Shown one piece after another: positions 8,642 through 15,137 of a stretch of 15,137 nucleotides of DNA. Below the pieces are notes generated by a model. The model was not told where the DNA came from and made no database searches. It was given only the letters and a program-made list of their open reading frames with translations. The stretch spans positions 1 to 15,137 of the forward strand of contig CAXTYC010000061.1 in assembly GCA_964248365.1 (NCBI GenBank), given 5' to 3'. This DNA comes from an uncultured Chroococcidiopsis sp. (GTDB lineage: Bacteria; Cyanobacteriota; Cyanobacteriia; Cyanobacteriales; Chroococcidiopsidaceae). The position numbers were made by a program, and so were the translations under genes. Positions within the stretch are counted from its first letter, which is position 1, and each line of letters opens with the position of its first letter.

Positions 8642-10042
8642 TTAAACCAATACTGGGGTTTTTTGTGGTTGCCTTTGTGTTACCATCATCCGCATATTTG
8701 CTGGCGGAGCGACAGTTACCCCGCGACGAGTGGGTTTGATTTGGCGATCGCCAACCAATTTCAGTTCATAGCGTGACAGAATGGTAAACAGCACTAATTT
8801 CATTTCCAACAGAGCAAAGGCTGCTCCAATACAACGACGATTGCTGCCACCGAAGGGATAATACTCGTAGGGAGAAAATTGTCGTTCTAAAAAGCGCAGG
8901 GGTTTAAACCGCTTAGGTTCTGGGTAGATGTCCTCTCGTTGGTGAGTTAAATAAGTAGAAGCGAGTAGGATCGTACCCTTGTCAAACTGATACCCCATGA
9001 TCTCCATCGGTGCTGTTAAAATTCGTGGTAAGGGGTTTAAAGCAATTGGAAAGATTCGCAGCGTTTCATTACAAACTGCGCTTAGATAGGGTAGACGAGC
9101 AATCGCACTTGGATCTGCATCAGCATCAAGGGTATCAAGTTCCTTGTGCAGCTTTTCCCTAACTTCAGGTAGACGATCCACCCAGTAAAACGCCCACGCC
9201 AAGGCGGAAGCTGTAGTTTCATGTCCAGCAAACAGTAATGTGATTAATTCATCGCGCAATTCTTGATCGGTCATCGGCTGACCTGCCTCATCCCGCGCTT
9301 GTAGGAGTAAGCTGAGAATATCATCCCGCGCTGGAGACGCAAGATCTTGCATCTGTTGACGACGTGCTTGAATCTCAGCCATTAGCAGAGAGTCAATTTG
9401 CTGCTTCAACCGTAAGAAGCGTCCCCAAGGACTCCACGCGCCCCAATCTTTTTGTAGTGACCGAAAAAATAGTAAAGTAGAACTTACAGGAGAAGCAACC
9501 GAGTCTAACATTGACGTTAGCAGTTTTCTGAGTTGGTCATAACGCTCTCCTTCATACAGACCAAAAACAGTGCTGAGAATGACTCGCAGGGCGATTTCTT
9601 GTGTAGATGCACGGATAGTCACCGATTCACCTACTTTCCACCCACTAATGACGTGGTTGGTAATGTCACAAATTTGCTGTCCATAGGTGCGTAGGCGATC
9701 GCCATGAAACGGAGGCATTAGCAACTTACGCTGACGTTGATGCTTCATCCCGTCAAGTAAAAGCAATGAATTTACACCCACCAGTGGAATTAAAAGATCG
9801 TTTCCACTTCCGATCTCAAATAGTTCTGGATCAGCAGTCATAATCTGTTCAACTGCCTTTGGATGGCTAAAATACACCACTTGGGGCGATGTATTTTTTG
9901 AGACAACAAAAGGATCGCCATACTTCTTAGTACGCGCTTCTAAAACTTGCAAAGGGCGAAAAATCCACTGAATATAACTTAGCCTGCGAAGCAGATCTGA
10001 ACGGCTAGGACCATCAGGTAGTTTAATTGATGCTTGTGTCAT
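8642..10042 (-). CDS. Cytochrome P450, CYP110-like
   Basis: I-helix AGHETT, K-helix ETLR, heme motif PFGGSNRRCIG, and RKLLMPPFHG..L typical of cyanobacterial CYP110. Confidence 0.95.
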   Translation of the reverse strand: MTQASIKLPDGPSRSDLLRRLSYIQWIFRPLQVLEARTKKYGDPFVVSKNTSPQVVYFSHPKAVEQIMTADPELFEIGSGNDLLIPLVGVNSLLLLDGMKHQRQRKLLMPPFHGDRLRTYGQQICDITNHVISGWKVGESVTIRASTQEIALRVILSTVFGLYEGERYDQLRKLLTSMLDSVASPVSSTLLFFRSLQKDWGAWSPWGRFLRLKQQIDSLLMAEIQARRQQMQDLASPARDDILSLLLQARDEAGQPMTDQELRDELITLLFAGHETTASALAWAFYWVDRLPEVREKLHKELDTLDADADPSAIARLPYLSAVCNETLRIFPIALNPLPRILTAPMEIMGYQFDKGTILLASTYLTHQREDIYPEPKRFKPLRFLERQFSPYEYYPFGGSNRRCIGAAFALLEMKLVLFTILSRYELKLVGDRQIKPTRRGVTVAPPANMRMMVTQRQPQKTPVLV

Positions 10043-10100
10043 AAATTGTTGTTTTTAATATCTACTATCAAATTGCATTGTCTCCCCCTATTTCCCTATA

Positions 10101-10451
10101 TTAATTGGCAGGTGGATTACCAACTCGCTGATTTAATTCTCTCAATTGCTGATTCAACTCCCGCTGCCGTTTGATTAGAGCTTCAAAATCTGCCCTCGTT
10201 GCCCTATTGGTGTTGACTGGGAGAAGCTGATTTACTTGCTCTAAGCAAGCATTCAAAAGGGCAGCAAATTCATAACGAGCTGAGGAGCGATCGCCTTTGT
10301 AAGTACCATCAGGATACCCAGAAAGACAACGACCTTGAGGCAGATTCTCCTTAAAGGGGCTTGTTACTTGTGCCAGTGTAATTGAGGAAGAAAAGATAGT
10401 AGCCGCCAAACCTAGCCCAACTGCAAAAACCGCCTTTGTTAATAACTTCAT
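10101..10451 (-). CDS. Small secreted SLH-domain/coiled-coil protein
   Basis: Signal peptide ending ..ITLA-Q. CLSGYPDGTYKGDRSSARYEFAALLNACLEQVNQLL is SLH-like, followed by a heptad-rich tail. Confidence 0.8.
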   Translation of the reverse strand: MKLLTKAVFAVGLGLAATIFSSSITLAQVTSPFKENLPQGRCLSGYPDGTYKGDRSSARYEFAALLNACLEQVNQLLPVNTNRATRADFEALIKRQRELNQQLRELNQRVGNPPAN

Positions 10452-10508
10452 TTTCTTAGCGCCTTTACATCTATGCGCGAAACAAATCTAAAATTCTAAA
10501 TTCAAATG

Positions 10509-10599
10509 TAAGTAGGTGGACATAATTAAATGTAAAATGCGCTCCTACTTAAAACATGGCAGTAAAAGTTTTTCCCCTTTTCCCTTGTCCCTTCTACTT
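10509..10599. repeat. Collapsed MITE-like remnant with heptamer repeats
   Basis: TAAGTAGG (10509-10516) pairs with CCTACTTA (10544-10551). A second CTACTTA ends at 10599 after TTCCCCT/TTTCCCT/TGTCCCT heptamers. Confidence 0.35.
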
Positions 10600-10606
10600 A
10601 TAACCT

Positions 10607-11554
10607 TTAAATTCTTCTTTCTTGAAGAAAAGCATTGAAAGTCTCTCTATCGGGAATTGAAGATTGCGCCCCCCTTTTCGTTGCAGCCAAAGCACCCGCC
10701 GCCGCACCCCACACAACCGCTTCTTGTAAAGAAAGCCCTTCTACCAAACCTACTGCTAAACCACCATTAAACGCATCCCCAGCCGCTACTGTGTCAACAG
10801 CTGTAACCGAAAACGCAGGTACAAAAAAAGTTTGTGCAATTGTTGCACAATAAGCACCTTTAGCCCCCAATTTGACGATCGCACTTCCTACACCTCGTTG
10901 CAATAAAACATCTGCTGCTTGGGCGGCTGTGGAGGCATCATTTACAGCAAAACCAACCATACGCCCCGCCTCAGTTTCATTTGGTGTAATTATGTCAACC
11001 AATGAATAAAGTTCATCCGGTATATCCATAACAGCTGGTGCTGGATCTAAAATTACTTTGACTCCAGCTTGTTTTGCTACCTTTGTCGCAGATAAAACAG
11101 CACACATAGGTATCTCAAATTGTAGAAGTAATGCCGCAGATCCTGCTAACAAATTCTTCAGGCGTTCTACATCTGTCTGGTCCACACGCCCATTTGCCCC
11201 AGGAATGATAATAATCTGATTCTCTCCGATATCATCAACGGCGATCGCCGCAACGCCAGAACTAGTATTAGTATCAACTAACACATTGTCTGTATTTACT
11301 CCAGCACTTTGCAGACTATCGAGTAGTTCTGTTCCAAAACTTTCACCACCCACACGCCCTACCATTTGGGTAGACACTCCCAAACGTGCGATCGCCACTG
11401 CTTGATTTGCTCCTTTTCCTCCTGGTGCAGTAAAAAAATGTCGCCCCTGCAATGTTTCACCAGGAACAGGCAATCTGGGCGTTTTGGCAACCAAGTCCAT
11501 ATTGATGCTGCCAAATACCACCAGGGTGGGTTTAATTCCTTTCGCCTCAAGCAT
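10607..11554 (-). CDS. rbsK: Ribokinase (PfkB family)
   Basis: Motifs VFGSINMDLV, PGGKGANQAVA, GENQIIIIPGAN, ITPNETEA and VDTVAAGDAFNGG. Confidence 0.93.
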   Translation of the reverse strand: MLEAKGIKPTLVVFGSINMDLVAKTPRLPVPGETLQGRHFFTAPGGKGANQAVAIARLGVSTQMVGRVGGESFGTELLDSLQSAGVNTDNVLVDTNTSSGVAAIAVDDIGENQIIIIPGANGRVDQTDVERLKNLLAGSAALLLQFEIPMCAVLSATKVAKQAGVKVILDPAPAVMDIPDELYSLVDIITPNETEAGRMVGFAVNDASTAAQAADVLLQRGVGSAIVKLGAKGAYCATIAQTFFVPAFSVTAVDTVAAGDAFNGGLAVGLVEGLSLQEAVVWGAAAGALAATKRGAQSSIPDRETFNAFLQERRI

Positions 11555-11796
11555 TCGCCCTTATGTTTTCTCATCCGACTAGCTGCTACAAAAACTCTAA
11601 CTTGAGCACTCTTTCAAAACAAGTAGGAGACACAATGCAAATTGTTTATTAAGAAATATTTCTGGAAAATTTTTGATTTTTTCCCTTACCTGTTCCTTTA
11701 TCTAAGGAATCATGCTAATTTATTGGATAATGGACATATGTGCAAAATTATTTTTAAAGTCAAGATTTCCATTATAAAGTAAGCTTAGAGATAGAC

Positions 11797-12356
11797 GTGA
11801 AAACCACTTTGATTAAGCTTGCCGCTTGGTTGCTGCTCACCACGGCTATCTCTTCCTGCACGATCCCAGTCGACCAACTGTCCAGTTCTCAAAAGCCTGG
11901 TATCGCTGAGGCGACCAGTGGAGGACTTGTTCCCAACTACCGCCCCCAACCCGAGGACGTGGTACAGGTGCAGCCCACGCTTCTCCCAGAGATCGGTGGG
12001 GATACATCGGTGGACAACTCTATGCACAACTCCCGGAAGGTCAAGACCATGCTTTCTCCAACGCTCCGTATATCCTCAACAATGATCATGGCAGAATCTT
12101 CGGTCCTTACCGTTACGAAAGGACGTATCTTTTCATCGGCGCATTCAGCCGTGAGAAAGTGACTCCGTTGTCAAAAATCAAGCACAAGTACGTCTCCTTC
12201 GATCAGGCGCGAGATGATTTTGCCAAGAACATGAGTAGAAAAACAGAGTACCAAAAAAATGGGTATGTGAACTTAGGCAATGTGATTGTGAATGACCCAA
12301 AGATCACGACCGGCGATCATGACGGAATGGCTGTCTCGCTGAGGGCAGGAAAGTAG
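11797..12356 (+). pseudogene. Frameshifted putative lipoprotein gene (about 186 aa if rejoined)
   Basis: GTG start and lipoprotein-like signal MKTTLIKLAAWLLLTTAISS-C. The frame of ORF 12159..12356 is open back to at least 12000 (GYIGGQLYAQLPEGQDHAF...). A shift at the G run 11998-12001 would join the two parts. Confidence 0.5.
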
Positions 12357-12423
12357 TTCTTTGTGAAAGCAGTAGATTCAACTTGTCACGACAAATGCAA
12401 CCTTAGAGCCTGTTTGTAAATGA

Positions 12424-13282
12424 TTATGAAGTAATCGAAGAAGACTTTGTTAGTCGTTTCAACATTAAACGAATCATGACTGTATAAATCATAGATTCAC
12501 TGATTTCTGGTAAAAGTTCATAATCCTTACTCAGGCGACGGTATTGATTCCACCATGCAAATGTACGTTCGACAATCCAACGAGGCAATACTTGAAATCC
12601 AGGTTGAGTACGACAAATCACATCAACTTTAGCACTACATAATTGCCTCTCACGCGCTCAAAGTTCTTACCGCTAAAGCCTTGCACAACCCAAATCACAA
12701 CTAAATTTTCAGTGGCTTGTGCGGCTTCCATTACAACTGCTGCGCCGCCTAAACGTTCTGGAAAGTTGGCTTCTGTAACTATGGCAGCCAACACTAGTCC
12801 TAAAGTATCAACCAGAATAAAGCGTTTACGCCCCTTTACTTGTTTTCCACCGTCATAACCATATACCTCCCCTTTTTTTCTGCTGTCTTCACTGATTGGC
12901 TATCAATGATGGCGGCAGTTGGTTGTTCTTTTTTATTCATGGTTTCACGAACTTGGTATCGCAATTGTGTGTGAATTTCTTGCCATACTCCTAAACGTTG
13001 CCAATGACGAAAATAGTTATAAACGCTTTGCCAAGGTGGTAAGTCATGTGGCAATGCACGCCACGTACATCCCTCATGCAGAACGTAGAAAATTCCATTG
13101 AGAATTTCTCTTAAATCTACCGTTCGGACATCGGCGTGAGCAATCGGCGTGAGCTCGGTCGAACGCTCAGTTCACGGCGAAGCCTCACGGGGACGACCAA
13201 TGGGTTGTGAAGCGGGAAGTAAAGACTCTATAATTCCGCACTGTGTATCACTTACATCACTCGCGTACGCTTTACGTGTCAT
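12424..13282 (-). pseudogene. IS5 transposase, disrupted
   Basis: MTRKAYASD...GRPR, WRALPHDLPPWQSVY, IIDSQSVKT, slippery A7G4 near 12869-12879, GYDGGK.VKGRKR and [10 protein letters not shown]...RRLSKDYE. A 63-nt insertion carries a stop codon, and there is an extra frameshift near 12650. Confidence 0.88.
13127..13189. repeat. 63-nt nested short dispersed repeat inserted in the IS5 transposase
   Basis: Removing it restores GRP-RTVDLREILNGIFY in frame. It contains ATCGGCGTGAGC twice. Confidence 0.7.
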
Positions 13283-13633
13283 TATCGAACCATTACTCTA
13301 TCGCTTCATAATCAATTTTCATTTGTCGCGCTCGCCTTACTTTACTCTCTTTACATTTCTTTAGAGACAGCCTCTTACCAGAACTGCGGGGATGAGGCAA
13401 GCGATCGCCACAACAAAACCCAACTCAATTTTATTTAAGAGCTTATACCATTTTAGATTTAAAGATTATAAAACCCTTACTATACAATTGGTTTGCTGTA
13501 ATTCAAATATTGCACCAATAAAACCAAACGGTATTACCCAGCTAATTGGTAATAGATAATATAGGAATCATACTTGATTTTTGAAAAAGACTACAAGATA
13601 ATACCTCGAGTTACATCTGTCTAAGAGCGAACA

Positions 13634-14453
13634 ATGATAAACCAGCATCTACAAACCGCGATTGCAGAACTACAAGAATTTATAGATGCTCGCCCAGATG
13701 CACGTGAGGTAAGGAAAGCGTTGGCAGTCAAACTGGTTTATCAAGGCTACAAGTATGAGGAAATTCAAACAATTTTAGATGTATCACTTGGTTCGATAAT
13801 AGGCTGGAAGCAAACCTAGGAAGAATATGGAATTTCGGGACTACACCTGAACCATAAGGGAAGGAAAAGTTACTTAAGTGCAGGGCAACGAGAAGAAGTA
13901 TTAGGTTGGTTACAAACAAAAGCAAGTTGGGAAAGCGAACTTGAATATAAATTGGCTTTTGAATATGACGTAACTTATGAGTCAAAACGCAGCTATTACA
14001 ACTTGTTTGAAGCGGCAGGAATTAGTTGGAAAAAAACTACCTCTTTACATTTAGCGCCAAAAATAATTACCGGTCCGTCACAATAGATCTCCCGACTCAG
14101 ACAGATAAACTTCAACACACGGACCGGTAATTATTTTCAAGCTTCCTTTTTGAATCCAAAAGCTGACGAGGACGCTGTTGCTGAAAAAAAAAGAGATTTC
14201 TTGACTGTTGGCAAGTCGCCGAGAAGAAATAGAAGCAGGGCTATTGAGAGTTTTGCTACTTGCTCCCAACTATCCTTCCCAAAACCCTATAGAAGATATC
14301 TGGTTGCAAGCCAAAACTTGGGTTCGACGTTTGTGTGCTTTAATTCCAACATTCGCTCATTTAAAGTGGATGTTTGAGTGGTTTATTAAAAACACTACCT
14401 TTGATTTTATGGCTCTTCAGATGTACGGAGCTTTTTCAAAAATCAAATATTAG
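13634..14453 (+). pseudogene. IS630 transposase remnant
   Basis: HTH N-terminus with a premature TAG at 13817, then GISWKKT and an A9 slippery run at 14184-14192. C-terminal APNYPSQNPIEDIWLQAK is joined directly to LLRVLL, so the catalytic middle is missing. Confidence 0.85.
14045..14149. mobile_element. 105-nt non-autonomous insertion with a 19-bp subterminal inverted repeat
   Basis: Perfect inverted repeat AAAATAATTACCGGTCCGT (14060-14078) / ACGGACCGGTAATTATTTT (14119-14137). Removing the segment restores WKKTTS-LNPKADED in frame. Confidence 0.7.
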
Positions 14454-14458
14454 TCCTA

Positions 14459-15132
14459 TATGATGGAAATTACTTTAAATCTCCAACGACTGGAAAAGCT
14501 GTACTGAATTGGTCTAAATATAACGACGAGTATAGAGGAGAACTTTTTGAGTACAATGGTACAGATCCATTAGACCCTAGCGTAGATGTCTTTACGATGA
14601 GTGATGACAAACAATATGTATATAGCTATAAATATATTCGAGACAAAGATAATAAGATAGTAGGACGTGATTCCTAAAAAGATATGTACTCGCTCCTGAC
14701 GGAAACGGTGAGGTTTACTATCAATACGGTCCTAAAAACAATGACAAGTATTACTATAGATCCAACTATTTTTCAAATGACGAACAAATAAAATCGGGAA
14801 AAATTTATCCAAAGAAAATATTGGAAACAGCTCGAGGACATTTATCACCTAATGCAGATAGAAGTAGAAATCAAAAAGATAAAACAGCTACTTTTTTAAC
14901 AAGTAATCTACTTCCACAACAGTCTCAAAATAATCGTAATATTTGGCAAAAATTAGAGCTGAATGTTCAAGAGGTTTCGGATAAGTATCCAAATGTAGAT
15001 ACTTACGTCATTGCAGGTGGATATGATATCAATCAAGAGTATCCAGCAATATCATACAATCAGGATTTAGACCCCTCTGTAATAGCGGGACTTGAACTTT
15101 GTTCAAGCCCAAACAAGCCCCAAGTTGGCTAG
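14459..15132 (+). pseudogene. NucA-like DNA/RNA non-specific endonuclease domain, fragment
   Basis: ARGHLSPNADRS...TFLTSNLLPQ...NNRNIWQKLE...YVIAGGY is a beta-beta-alpha-metal nuclease signature. That frame is open from 14671. A second frame is open from 14459 to 14677, implying a frameshift near 14672. The 5' end abuts IS630. Confidence 0.75.
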
Positions 15133-15137
15133 ATGCG

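Larger units (their letters stand above)
12406..13374 (-). mobile_element. IS5-family (IS1031 group) insertion sequence (inactive)
   Basis: Ends GAGCCTGTTTGTAAA and reverse-complemented GAGGCTGTCTCTAAG. TTA target duplication at 12403-12405 and 13375-13377. Confidence 0.88.
1239..13408. repeat. HIP1 octamers GCGATCGC (11 copies)
   Basis: Starts at 1239, 2752, 3655, 5271, 6481, 8744, 9695, 10287, 11241, 11388 and 13401. Confidence 0.9.
13562..14458 (+). mobile_element. IS630-family insertion sequence, internally deleted (inactive)
   Basis: Inverted ends TAGGAATCATACTTGATTTTTGAAAAAG and reverse-complemented TAGGACTAATATTTGATTTTTGAAAAAG (3 mismatches). TA duplication at 13560-13561 and 14459-14460. 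Confidence 0.9.

Noticed and set aside
11784..11797. CTTAGAGATAGAC resembling the inner IS5 end, suggesting a composite transposon around the lipoprotein gene
   Set aside because: The match is short, lacks the terminal CTC and has no target duplication, so it is probably chance.
13445..13535. ATACCATTT...AAACGGTAT possible MITE
   Set aside because: Only about 9 bp of imperfect inverted repeat in AT-rich DNA; it cannot be supported without a genome search.
14045..14140. IS200/IS605-type derivative, because TTAC and TCAA bracket the hairpin
   Set aside because: Excision at those boundaries does not restore the IS630 reading frame, whereas the 105-nt boundaries do.
7167..14269. Other ORF-track entries opposite or inside IS elements, rbsK and the lipoprotein gene (e.g. 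7167..7568, 7550..7792, 7971..8169, 10635..10853, 11359..11605, 11785..12085, 12643..12858, 12919..13364, 13728..13985, 14078..14269)
   Set aside because: They are shadow frames with no independent coding evidence.
1..15137. CRISPR array, tRNA or rRNA genes
   Set aside because: I saw no regularly spaced repeats with spacers and no recognisable structural RNA sequence.

Overview
Cyanobacterial chromosomal DNA, judged from 11 HIP1 GCGATCGC sites, an SLH-OprB porin, a CYP110-type P450 and NtcA-type promoters. The left half holds an apparently intact purine-scavenging locus. A minus-strand operon encodes a Rieske oxygenase resembling the Klebsiella HpxD hypoxanthine hydroxylase, an NCS2/AzgA-type purine permease and guanine deaminase. 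It sits back-to-back with an SLH-OprB porin. Both directions carry an NtcA box followed by a 22-nt spacer and a TAN3T -10 box. The middle has a decayed ISKra4 element, a cytochrome P450, a small stand-alone SLH/coiled-coil protein and ribokinase. The right end is a decaying accessory region. It contains a frameshifted GC-rich lipoprotein gene, dead IS5 (IS1031-type) and IS630 elements that each carry a small nested insertion, and a broken NucA-like nuclease gene. An IS1 end occupies the first 100 nt. Family assignments come from motif recognition and recalled sequences, not from database searches.
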